From the NCBI GenBank assembly GCA_910584085.1, contig CAJTZY010000001.1, positions 51,830 to 115,829 on the forward strand: a stretch of DNA of 64,000 bases, in the 5' to 3' direction. Source of the stretch: an uncultured Bacilli bacterium (lineage in GTDB: Bacteria; Bacillota_I; Bacilli_A; RF39; UBA660). The notes under the pieces are model-generated. The model saw only the letters and a program-made list of their open reading frames with translations. It was not told where the DNA came from and did not search any database. The translations under genes and the position numbers were made by a program. The first letter of the stretch is position 1, and each line of letters begins with the position of its first letter. Shown here one piece after another: positions 8,443 through 17,258 of the stretch.

Positions 8443-10203
8443 ATGTTAAAAATGTTTAAAAATTTTACTAAGAAAGATTGGCTAATGGTAATAATAAGCT
8501 TTGGTTTAATAGTCTTTCAAGTCTGGTTAGATTTAAAATTGCCAGATTATATGAGTAATATAACAAGGCTTATACAAACTGACAATAGTATGATGATAGA
8601 GATCTTAAAACAAGGTGGATATATGCTTTTATGTGCCTTAGGAAGTTTAATTTCAGCTGTTATAGTTGGATACTTAACTTCAAATCTATCTGCAAACTTT
8701 TCTTTAAATTTAAGAAACAAAATATTTAAAAAAGTTAGTAAATTTGGTATGGAAGAAATTAAAAAATTTGAAACAAGTAGTTTGATAACACGTACCACAA
8801 ATGATGTTACTCAACTTGAAATGTTTATTGCTATGGGACTACAAATGCTTATAAAAGCTCCTATCATGGCCTTTTGGGCAGTAAGTAAAATACTTAACAA
8901 AAGTGTTGAATGGAGTCTTCTTACAGGTGCTGGAGTAGTAATATTACTACTTACAGTAGGAACTCTTCTTATAATAGTTTTTCCAAGATTTGAAAAAGTT
9001 CAAAAGTTAATAGATAAAGTAAATAGTGTTACAAGAGAAAACCTAACTGGTATTAGAGTAATAAGAGCTTTTAATGCAGAAAAATTTGAACAAGATAGAT
9101 TTGAAGATGTTAATAATAATTTAACAAATATGCAATTATTTAATCAAAAGTGTTTTTCAATATTAAATCCTATTATGAATTTAGTTATGCACTTTTTAAC
9201 ACTTGGAATATATTTTATAGGGGCTACACTTATAAATAAAGCAGGAATGTTTGACAAAATTACTTTATTTAGTAACATGGTAGTTTTTTCAAGTTATGGT
9301 ATGCAAGTAATAGCTGCTTTCTTAATGTTAGCTATGATATTTATGATACTACCAAGAGCGCAGGTTTCCGCACGTCGTATTAACGAAGTATTAGATAGTG
9401 ATATCGCCATTAAAGATGGAACTATGGATGGTGATACTAAAGAGATAGGAACAGTAGAATTTAAAAATGTATCATTTAAATATCCAGATGCAGATGAATA
9501 CTTACTTAAAAATATTTCATTTAAAGTAAATAAAGGAGAAACTATTGCATTTATAGGTTCAACTGGTAGTGGAAAAAGTACACTAATTAACTTAGTGCCT
9601 AGATTCTATGATGCAACAGATGGAGAAATACTTGTTGACGGAATAAATGTACGTGATTATAAAGAGGAATCACTACATAATAAAATAGGTTATGTACCTC
9701 AAAAGGCTGTTATGTTTACAGGTACCGTAAAATCTAATGTAGGTTATGGAGATAATGGAAAAGAAAAACCAAGTCTGAAAAAAATTAAAGAAGCTATAGA
9801 TATCGCACAAGGAACAGACTTTGTAACTAAAATGGAAGATACATATGACGCGCATATATCTCGTGGTGGGACTAACGTTTCAGGTGGACAAAAACAAAGA
9901 CTTGCAATTGCAAGGGCTATAGCAAGAAACCCAGAAATATATATATTTGATGATTCATTTTCAGCCCTTGATTATAAAACAGATTCAACACTTAGAAAAA
10001 GTTTAAAAAAATATACAAAAGATGCAACAAGCATGATAGTTGCGCAAAGAATAGGTACAATTATCTCTGCGGATAAAATCGTTGTGCTTGATAAGGGAGA
10101 ATGTGTAGGTATTGGTACACATAAGGAACTTTTAAAAAATTGTGAGGTTTATAAAGAAATAGCCTTATCACAATTATCAAAGGAGGAATTAGAAAATGCC
10201 TAG
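8443..10203 (+). CDS. ABC exporter, fused permease/ATPase half-transporter (subunit with a degenerate catalytic residue)
   Basis: Six-TM region, then Walker A GSTGSGKST, signature VSGGQKQR, and Walker B IYIFDDS (Asp where the catalytic Glu is expected). The ATG at 8443 follows GAGGTGA; the TTG at 8326 in the ORF track is probably upstream of the true start. Confidence 0.9.
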   Translation: MLKMFKNFTKKDWLMVIISFGLIVFQVWLDLKLPDYMSNITRLIQTDNSMMIEILKQGGYMLLCALGSLISAVIVGYLTSNLSANFSLNLRNKIFKKVSKFGMEEIKKFETSSLITRTTNDVTQLEMFIAMGLQMLIKAPIMAFWAVSKILNKSVEWSLLTGAGVVILLLTVGTLLIIVFPRFEKVQKLIDKVNSVTRENLTGIRVIRAFNAEKFEQDRFEDVNNNLTNMQLFNQKCFSILNPIMNLVMHFLTLGIYFIGATLINKAGMFDKITLFSNMVVFSSYGMQVIAAFLMLAMIFMILPRAQVSARRINEVLDSDIAIKDGTMDGDTKEIGTVEFKNVSFKYPDADEYLLKNISFKVNKGETIAFIGSTGSGKSTLINLVPRFYDATDGEILVDGINVRDYKEESLHNKIGYVPQKAVMFTGTVKSNVGYGDNGKEKPSLKKIKEAIDIAQGTDFVTKMEDTYDAHISRGGTNVSGGQKQRLAIARAIARNPEIYIFDDSFSALDYKTDSTLRKSLKKYTKDATSMIVAQRIGTIISADKIVVLDKGECVGIGTHKELLKNCEVYKEIALSQLSKEELENA

Positions 10204-12169
10204 ACCAATGAGAAGAGGAGGAATGCCAGAAAAATCAAAAGATTTTAAAGGATCTATAAAAAGACTATTTAATAGTTTAAATAAATGGCGTTATTTATTA
10301 GTATTATCCCTGATACTAGCTATGACAAGTGCTATTCTAGCGCTAGTTGCTCCAAATAAATTATCTGATTTAACCAATACAATAACAATGGGACTTAGTC
10401 CAAATATATCAGAAGATATCGTAAATGATATTATGAAAGATAGTAATATTAGCGATAGTGATAAATATGAGTTTAGTGAATTATTAAAAATGGCAGAAAA
10501 TACTGATGAAATAGATACTGATAAATTATTTACAAAATTAGATGAACTTCCAGAATCTATTAAAAAAATAGTTGAACCTTCCATAAATATGGCTAAAGTA
10601 AAATCAATCGCGCTAATACTTACAATTTTATATCTTATTAGTGCTTTGTTTAACTATGTTGAATCTATTTTAATGACAATAATTGCTAATAACTTTGCAA
10701 GAAAACTAAGAACAAATATTAGTGTAAAAATAAATAAATTACCACTTAAATATTTTGATACACATGAAACTGGAGATGTTTTATCACGTGTTACAAATGA
10801 TGTTGATACAATCGCGCAAAATATGAATCAAAGTTTAGCAACGCTCGTTACAAGTTTAACATTATTTATAGGTTCAATAATTATGATGTTTATAACTAAT
10901 TGGATTATGGCGATAACTGCAATCATATCTAGTTTAATAGGCTTTAGTTTAATGGGCGTAATTCTTGGTAAATCACAAAAATACTTTATTAAGAGACAAG
11001 AGGAGTTAGGAAATTTAAATGGATATATAGAAGAAATATATTCAGGGCATAACGTAGTTAAAGCATATAATGGAGAAAAGCAAGCGAATATTGAATTTAA
11101 TAATTTAAATGAAAAATTATATGAGTGTAATAGAAAAAGTCAATTTTTATCTGGAATTATGCAACCAATTATGATGTTTGTTGGAAATTTCGGTTATGTT
11201 GCAGTATGTGTAGTAGGAGCATTACTTACAGCAAATAACGTTATATCATTTGGTGTCATAGTAGCATTTATGATATATGTTAGACTATTTACAAATCCAC
11301 TTTCACAAATAGCCCAATCTATGACTTCACTTCAATCAACAGCAGCTGCATCAGAAAGGGTATTTGATTTCTTAGATGAAACTGAGATGTCTGATGAGAG
11401 TGAATTTACTAAAAAACTTGATAAGGAAAAAGTTAAGGGTGAAATAGAATTTAAAAATGTTAAATTTGGTTATGATGATAACAGAACTATAATTAAAGAC
11501 TTTAGTGTTAAAGTAAAACCTGGAGAAAAAATTGCTATAGTAGGACCTACTGGTGCAGGAAAAACAACTATGGTAAATTTACTTATGAAGTTTTACGAAA
11601 TAAATTCTGGTGATATATTGATTGATGGGGTATCAACTAAGGAATTAACAAGAGAAAATATTCATGACCTATTTGTTATGGTACTTCAAGATACATGGGT
11701 GTTTGAAGGAACAATACGCGATAATTTAAAATTTAATAAAAAAGATGTTACGGATGAGGAAATTATGCGAGCTTGTAAAACTGTAGGGGTAGATCATTTT
11801 ATTAAAACTTTACCAGGTGTATTAGATGCTAAAATAGGTGATAATGATAGTGTTAGTGGTGGACAAAAGCAATTACTTACAATCGCACGTGGCATGATTG
11901 AAAATGCACCATTTTTAATACTTGATGAGGCTACATCTAATGTAGATACTAGAACTGAGGAATTAGTTCAAAAAGCAATGGATAAGTTAACAAAAGGTAA
12001 AACCTCATTTATAATAGCCCATAGATTATCTACAATTAAAAATGCTGATTTAATTTTAGTTATGAAAGATGGTAATATAATTGAACAAGGTTCACATGAT
12101 GTATTACTTAAAAAGAATGGCTTTTATGCTGACTTATATAACTCACAATTTGATACAATTAGTGAGTAA
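10196..12169 (+). CDS. ABC exporter, fused permease/ATPase half-transporter (canonical subunit)
   Basis: Walker A GPTGAGKTT, signature VSGGQKQL, Walker B FLILDEATS. Overlaps the upstream gene by 8 nt, consistent with a heterodimer. Confidence 0.9.
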   Translation: MPRPMRRGGMPEKSKDFKGSIKRLFNSLNKWRYLLVLSLILAMTSAILALVAPNKLSDLTNTITMGLSPNISEDIVNDIMKDSNISDSDKYEFSELLKMAENTDEIDTDKLFTKLDELPESIKKIVEPSINMAKVKSIALILTILYLISALFNYVESILMTIIANNFARKLRTNISVKINKLPLKYFDTHETGDVLSRVTNDVDTIAQNMNQSLATLVTSLTLFIGSIIMMFITNWIMAITAIISSLIGFSLMGVILGKSQKYFIKRQEELGNLNGYIEEIYSGHNVVKAYNGEKQANIEFNNLNEKLYECNRKSQFLSGIMQPIMMFVGNFGYVAVCVVGALLTANNVISFGVIVAFMIYVRLFTNPLSQIAQSMTSLQSTAAASERVFDFLDETEMSDESEFTKKLDKEKVKGEIEFKNVKFGYDDNRTIIKDFSVKVKPGEKIAIVGPTGAGKTTMVNLLMKFYEINSGDILIDGVSTKELTRENIHDLFVMVLQDTWVFEGTIRDNLKFNKKDVTDEEIMRACKTVGVDHFIKTLPGVLDAKIGDNDSVSGGQKQLLTIARGMIENAPFLILDEATSNVDTRTEELVQKAMDKLTKGKTSFIIAHRLSTIKNADLILVMKDGNIIEQGSHDVLLKKNGFYADLYNSQFDTISE

Positions 12170-12174
12170 AGGTA

Positions 12175-12203
12175 TTTACAAAATAAAAAAAATAGTGTAT
12201 ATT
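12175..12203 (+). promoter_or_regulatory. Sigma-A-type promoter for tRNA-Gly
   Basis: TTTACA (12175-12180), 17-nt spacer, TATATT (12198-12203). Confidence 0.45.
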
Positions 12204-12222
12204 TGATATATCACTATTTAAT

Positions 12223-12296
12223 GCAGGTGTGGTTCAATGGTAGAATGCGGCCTTGCCAAGGCTGAGACGCGAGTCCGATTCTCGTCACTTGCTCCA
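12223..12296 (+). tRNA. tRNA-Gly (GCC)
   Basis: Hand-folded. Acceptor stem is GCAGGTG/CACTTGC and the anticodon stem-loop is CGGCC-TTGCCAA-GGCTG. The T arm is GCGAG-TCCGATT-CTCGT. The CCA end is encoded. Confidence 0.9.
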
Positions 12297-12375
12297 TATG
12301 TAAATTTAGACTGGGTATAAATGCCTAGTTTTTTGTATTATTTGAACTCGCGTCTTAGCTAATTTATTAAATTAC
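12297..12375 (+). repeat. tRNA-Gly 3' flank module (copy Y0)
   Basis: Homologous by eye to 30508-30590 and 27349-27407. Shared blocks include tata.atgccta, a T-run, and g.actc.cgtct.agc.a.tttatta. Confidence 0.7.
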
Positions 12376-12705
12376 AACAAATAAATTAAAAATCAATTAG
12401 TTTTAGATATAGTTGATAGAGATAAAACAATTGTTTTTATTGATTTAGCTGATAGAACTATTGCCGAATATCAGGGTATTCAGAAATTATCTGTTACCCT
12501 AAAAGAATTAGAAAGTGAATTTCTTAATAATCGTGATAGAATTAGATTACTATATAAAAAATAATTAAGAATTGACTTTGCTATTATGATTTGTAGATTT
12601 TTTAAATGAACAAATTTTTGGATGAAAAACGCAATTAATCAAATTACAAAAATGTAGAAAAATTTGAAAAAGACAATGCAATTTAATACAAGCATTGTCT
12701 TTCAA

Positions 12706-13383
12706 TTATGTATGTACCATTTCCGTATTTTCTTTGATTTCATTATCAATGATCCATTTAATATCCTCAATGGATTTATCAATGTTAAAACGCCCATTTC
12801 CAACAGGATAATAAACTGAATAAAATTTATATTTAGTGCCATTAATATCTTTTATAAAACACTTTTTTCTTACTTGTGAAACAGATATTTTTTCATCTAA
12901 TACAATAGAACTAACTTGATTACCAAATAGAACTATAACTTTAGGATTAACAATATTAAATTCTTGTTTTAAAAGATACAAGTACTCTTTGTAAACAAAA
13001 TCTGGTAATTCTCTAGCATCAACTTGAGTACACTTGCCGAGATTAGTTATAAAATATTTATGTTTTTTTACATCATCATAAACTTTATCAGCAAATGCTT
13101 CTGTCCACTCGCTACCTTTCATTGATTTTATATTAGAATATATTTCCTTGTCTAATAAATCTAATTCAATGAATAAATCCCAAATGTTTTTTGTACCAAT
13201 CCAAGGGGATTTTAATCCTCCCCAGTCCTTTGATGAGGCAATATTCCTTCCTGTTGGATTCATAAATACAAAACATATATCAGGATTATTATCACAACCA
13301 CCATTATAAATTGAATCTAATTCTTTAGCACCATATTTTTTTTGAAGTTTATCATATTCCTTTGTCAAATCTTTTAAATTCAT
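12706..13383 (-). CDS. Uracil-DNA glycosylase superfamily protein
   Basis: Motif-1-like FVFMNPTGRN (compare GMNPG/GINPG of the SMUG/MUG classes), ITNLGKC, and a C-terminal YYPVGNG at the motif-2 position. The exact family is uncertain. Confidence 0.55.
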   Translation of the reverse strand: MNLKDLTKEYDKLQKKYGAKELDSIYNGGCDNNPDICFVFMNPTGRNIASSKDWGGLKSPWIGTKNIWDLFIELDLLDKEIYSNIKSMKGSEWTEAFADKVYDDVKKHKYFITNLGKCTQVDARELPDFVYKEYLYLLKQEFNIVNPKVIVLFGNQVSSIVLDEKISVSQVRKKCFIKDINGTKYKFYSVYYPVGNGRFNIDKSIEDIKWIIDNEIKENTEMVHT

Positions 13384-13392
13384 TAAACCATC

Positions 13393-14028
13393 CTATTTTA
13401 CTAATTTTTTAGTTTGGTCTTGTTCTATTGTTGAAATAGTATTTAATATAAATTCAAAAATATCTTTTTGTTCAACATCCATAGTACTTTTTTCTTCCTC
13501 TTCAGTTAATTCCGATTTAAATTTATTTAATGATGAAATAATTTGAATTGAAGCAAGAGGATATCCTTCATCAATAATTTTACTTTGTTTATTTGTAAAA
13601 CAACGATTAGCTTTATATTCAAATGTATATGTATTATTTTGATTAACGATTGCGACGCCTTTTAAAAAATATCCTTTTAGTGTTCCATTTTCTCCGTATT
13701 TATTTACTAAATCAATATAATATTTAATCATTTCTATATCATTTAATCTTTTACCATTAATTCTTCTAACGTGAGTACCTGGTTGGATATTATCAGGAAC
13801 ACTTTCTAAAAATAATCCCTCATCTAATGCTATTGTTGGCATTCCACTCATTTTATGGTATGCACTTGCCTTAATAATCGCATTTTCTATTGGATTTTTA
13901 CCTGTTTCATTAACATCGTATTCAATATTTAAATCTTCCAGTGTTACTATTTCAATACCATGTTCTCTCAATTTGGTTCCATAATATCTAATTTTTGCTT
14001 TATTTGTTGTTGCTAATAAATACTTCAT
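13393..14028 (-). CDS. Ham1/RdgB-like non-canonical NTP pyrophosphatase family protein
   Basis: LLATTNKAKI (ATxNxxK), NETGKNPIENAIIKA (ETG...NA..KA), and ALDEGLF at the DDSGL position. GGAGG precedes the ATG at 14028, so the MINGGNK extension in the ORF track is unlikely. Confidence 0.6.
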   Translation of the reverse strand: MKYLLATTNKAKIRYYGTKLREHGIEIVTLEDLNIEYDVNETGKNPIENAIIKASAYHKMSGMPTIALDEGLFLESVPDNIQPGTHVRRINGKRLNDIEMIKYYIDLVNKYGENGTLKGYFLKGVAIVNQNNTYTFEYKANRCFTNKQSKIIDEGYPLASIQIISSLNKFKSELTEEEEKSTMDVEQKDIFEFILNTISTIEQDQTKKLVK

Positions 14029-14101
14029 TTTATTTCCTCCGTTTATCAAGTTTTGAATATAATAAAATTATACAATAAATAATAGAAATTTACCATACTC
14101 C

Positions 14102-14162
14102 CTGTGATTTTTCATTGAAAATTCAAAAAAATTATAGAGACATTTTCACTGAAAAATCACAG
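14102..14162. promoter_or_regulatory. 21-bp inverted repeat in a divergent promoter region
   Basis: ctgtgatttttcattgaaaat (14102-14122) pairs with attttcactgaaaaatcacag (14142-14162). There is one mismatch and a 19-nt spacer. It lies between the Ham1-like gene (-) and the DUF3800-like gene (+). Confidence 0.5.
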
Positions 14163-14239
14163 AAAAAGATGATATTGAGCATTAGATATTAACTAATTAA
14201 ATCAATTTTGTTATAATATATAAAAGGAAGTGATTCTAC

Positions 14240-14941
14240 ATGATTCAAATGAATGTTTATTTTGATGAAAGCTGTCATTTGTTAAAAGACAACTCAGATG
14301 TTTTAGGAATTGGATGTTTATATTGTCAATCAGAATTTAGAAAAGAAATTATGTACAATATACGAGCTATAAAAAGAAAATATGGGTTTAAAAGAGATCA
14401 TGAAATAAAATGGACTAGAGTTTCCATGAATAAAATAGGATTATATAAAGAACTAATAGACTATTTCTTTCAGGAACCAAAATTACATTTTAGAGGAATA
14501 ATAACTCTAAATAAAAATCAATTGGTTGTTTCTGGTGAAGATGAATATAGACAATGGTATGATAAAATGAATTATTATTTGTTTAATAAAATAATCAATC
14601 GTGGCTATTCATATAGGATTTTCTTAGATAAAAGAGATACAAAAGGAAAAGAAAATTTAGGAAAACTAAGAGAAGTAATCTGCAATAGTAAATATGACTT
14701 TAGTATGGATACAATAACTAGCATCGAAGATATCAATTCAAATAACAATGATTTAATTCAACTTACTGATTTAATAATTGGAGCATTAACTTATTACCAC
14801 AGGGGTTTAACAAGTAGTCCCGCGAAAATGGAAATAATAAAACATTTATCTTTAAAAACAAATGTTTCTGAAACATCAAACTGGAATGAAACAAAGTTCA
14901 ACCTATTAATATGGAGTCCAAATATAAATTATGGAAAATAA
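14240..14941 (+). CDS. DUF3800-like protein
   Basis: N-terminal VYFDESCH (the family's xYxDESG-type start) and C-terminal LIQLTDLIIGAL resemble DUF3800 as I remember it. AAGGAAG RBS. Confidence 0.55.
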   Translation: MIQMNVYFDESCHLLKDNSDVLGIGCLYCQSEFRKEIMYNIRAIKRKYGFKRDHEIKWTRVSMNKIGLYKELIDYFFQEPKLHFRGIITLNKNQLVVSGEDEYRQWYDKMNYYLFNKIINRGYSYRIFLDKRDTKGKENLGKLREVICNSKYDFSMDTITSIEDINSNNNDLIQLTDLIIGALTYYHRGLTSSPAKMEIIKHLSLKTNVSETSNWNETKFNLLIWSPNINYGK

Positions 14942-15569
14942 TAATTTTGACTATAATACTTTTGTAGATGAAACATATGAAAAATTTAAAGAATATTTTA
15001 CCAACAATAAAACTTTAAAATATAATAATGTAGAGTATCCAATTATAATAAATACTAATGATTTAGAATTTGATGATAAACCGAGAATATTTTGGCATAT
15101 TTGTTCTCTAGGTGAAGAAAACGGCATATACTTTGATTCTTATAAAAAGCGATTAAAATTCAGCGTTTTTCCTTGTATAAATCATATTTCTTCAGTTAAT
15201 TGTAAATTACAATGTAATTTAGAAGATGAAAACATTCAATTAAAGGACAACAGAGTTCCTTGCATATATAGAATGAGTAAAATTGATAATCTTAAAATAG
15301 CTATGGATTTATTTAATGAACAAAGCAATCAAATAAAATGGTGGACTAAAAAAGAAACTTCTAATAAAAGTAAGAAAAACAAAAAAATGCTTAAAATAAG
15401 ATATACAAAAGCTTTAGAAGATTATGTTATAATGTTTGAATTTAGATATACTGATGCTAGTAAAAATCAAATTAGTAAATTTCAGTTTGTTACTGCTTAT
15501 CAAATTTTTGATAATAATACAAAAAAAAGATTTGACAATGAATATATAGAATTCTCAAGTAAAACTTGA
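14931..15569 (+). CDS. Hypothetical protein (212 aa), overlapping partner of the DUF3800-like gene
   Basis: The start overlaps the upstream stop by 11 nt (ATGGAAAATAA). Has a Cys cluster (FPCINHISSVNCKLQC). No recognised family. Confidence 0.65.
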   Translation: MENNNFDYNTFVDETYEKFKEYFTNNKTLKYNNVEYPIIINTNDLEFDDKPRIFWHICSLGEENGIYFDSYKKRLKFSVFPCINHISSVNCKLQCNLEDENIQLKDNRVPCIYRMSKIDNLKIAMDLFNEQSNQIKWWTKKETSNKSKKNKKMLKIRYTKALEDYVIMFEFRYTDASKNQISKFQFVTAYQIFDNNTKKRFDNEYIEFSSKT

Positions 15570-15576
15570 GTTTTTT
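15554..15576 (+). terminator. Intrinsic terminator
   Basis: Hairpin ctcaag-taaaa-cttgag followed by TTTTTT, overlapping the stop codon of 14931-15569. Confidence 0.7.
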
Positions 15577-15822
15577 ACAACAAAAAAACCATCCCGCTAC
15601 CAGCAGGACGGACTTTCAAGCTGCGACTTTGGCAGTTGAACAACTAAATTGTAGCATATTTTATTGAATATGTCAAACCATGGAATACGCTACATTAAAT
15701 ATTATGCACATTACTTAAAAATAATATTAAATTGGTTAATATTTTTTATCATCTTTTATTATTGGTTAAATATTTATTTTTTTAATATTGAAATAATTTT
15801 CGACTAACAGTATAAAAAAATG

Positions 15823-15875
15823 TTGACATTTTTAAATTTTAATCATATAATGTAATAAGAAACTGACTAACAGTT
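15823..15875 (+). promoter_or_regulatory. Consensus sigma-A promoter plus likely TetR operator
   Basis: TTGACA (15823-15828), 17-nt spacer, TATAAT (15846-15851). The decamer gactaacagt occurs at 15802-15811 and 15865-15874. The second copy sits in ACTGactaaCAGT just downstream of the -10. Confidence 0.6.
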
Positions 15876-15894
15876 CAAATAAAGAAGGTGGATT

Positions 15895-16497
15895 ATGAAA
15901 AAGGAAATAAGAAAAAAAGAACTCATTAAAATAGCATATAACTTATTTATTACAAAGGGATATGAAAATACATCAGTGGATGAAATTATTGCTAAAGCAG
16001 GAATTGCTAAAGGAACTTATTATTATCACTTTGAAAGTAAGGAACAAATGCTAGAAGAAGTTATAAATATGATGATTGATGAAGGGGTAGAAAGAGCAAA
16101 GCAAGTAGTAAATTCTAATTTAAAATTAGAAGAAAAATTAGTATATACTATTCTTGCACTTCGTGTGACACCTGAAGAACAATCTATGCAAGATGCAATT
16201 CACACAAAAGAAAATATTATATTGCATAAAAAAATTAATGATAAAATTATTGATGTAGCTGTTCCTTTACTTTCTTCTATTGTAAGAGATGCACAAAAAG
16301 AAGGGCTATTTACAAGGAACGATAATATTGAAGAAAGAGTTAGAATGACTTTAATATTAAGTAATGAAATGTTTAATCATAGTGAAATAAATGAAGCAAA
16401 GATTTCCGTATTTATTGATACACTTGAGAATATTTATGGGGCAAAGACTGGGTCGCTTTCATTTATACAAAAATTAATTAAAGGAGAATTAGAATGA
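15895..16497 (+). CDS. TetR/AcrR family transcriptional regulator
   Basis: N-terminal HTH: LIKIAYNLFITKGYENTSVDEIIAKAGIAKGTYYYHFESKE. Confidence 0.85.
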   Translation: MKKEIRKKELIKIAYNLFITKGYENTSVDEIIAKAGIAKGTYYYHFESKEQMLEEVINMMIDEGVERAKQVVNSNLKLEEKLVYTILALRVTPEEQSMQDAIHTKENIILHKKINDKIIDVAVPLLSSIVRDAQKEGLFTRNDNIEERVRMTLILSNEMFNHSEINEAKISVFIDTLENIYGAKTGSLSFIQKLIKGELE

Positions 16498-17255
16498 AAA
16501 AAAATATTATGATAAGTGCTAAAAATTTAGTTAAAAGTTTTAATAGTGGAGATACTAAACAAACCATAATTAATAATTTAGATATAGATATATATGATGA
16601 AGATTTTACAATTATAATGGGTTCAAGTGGTGCCGGTAAATCTACTTTAATGTATCTTTTGTCTGGTATGGATAAGGCAAATTCTGGTAGTATAATATTC
16701 AAAGATAAAGATATTTGTAAAATGAATAATGATGAACTAGCAATATTTAGAAGAAGAAATTGTGGCTTTGTTTTTCAACAAATATACTTACTTGATAAAA
16801 TGAGTTTGATGGATAATGTACTAACATCTGGACTACTTGTAAATAACAATAAAAAAGAAATAGTAGGGAAAGCAAAAGAATTATTTGAAAGAGTCAATAT
16901 TCCGGAAATTACTTATAAAAAGAATATGAATCAGGTATCAGGTGGGGAATGCCAAAGAGCCGGAATTGTAAGAGCAGCAATAAATAATCCTAGCATAATA
17001 TTTGCGGATGAACCAACTGGAGCACTCAATAGTGAAAATTCGAATGCTGTACTTGATGTTTTAACTAATCTTAATAATAATGGTCAAAGTATTATTATGG
17101 TTACCCATGATAAAAAAAGTGCTTTAAGAGGAAATAGAATTATATATTTAAAGGATGGAAAAATATTTGGAGAACTTAAACTTGGTAAGTATGAAACAAA
17201 TGATAATACACGAAATGAAAAATTAGATAAGTTTTTAAAAGAAATGGGGTGGTAA
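16494..17255 (+). CDS. ABC transporter ATP-binding protein (MacB/LolD-like)
   Basis: Walker A GSSGAGKST, signature VSGGECQR, Walker B IIFADEPTGALN. Overlaps the TetR gene by 4 nt (ATGA). Confidence 0.9.
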   Translation: MKKNIMISAKNLVKSFNSGDTKQTIINNLDIDIYDEDFTIIMGSSGAGKSTLMYLLSGMDKANSGSIIFKDKDICKMNNDELAIFRRRNCGFVFQQIYLLDKMSLMDNVLTSGLLVNNNKKEIVGKAKELFERVNIPEITYKKNMNQVSGGECQRAGIVRAAINNPSIIFADEPTGALNSENSNAVLDVLTNLNNNGQSIIMVTHDKKSALRGNRIIYLKDGKIFGELKLGKYETNDNTRNEKLDKFLKEMGW

Positions 17256-17258
17256 CTT

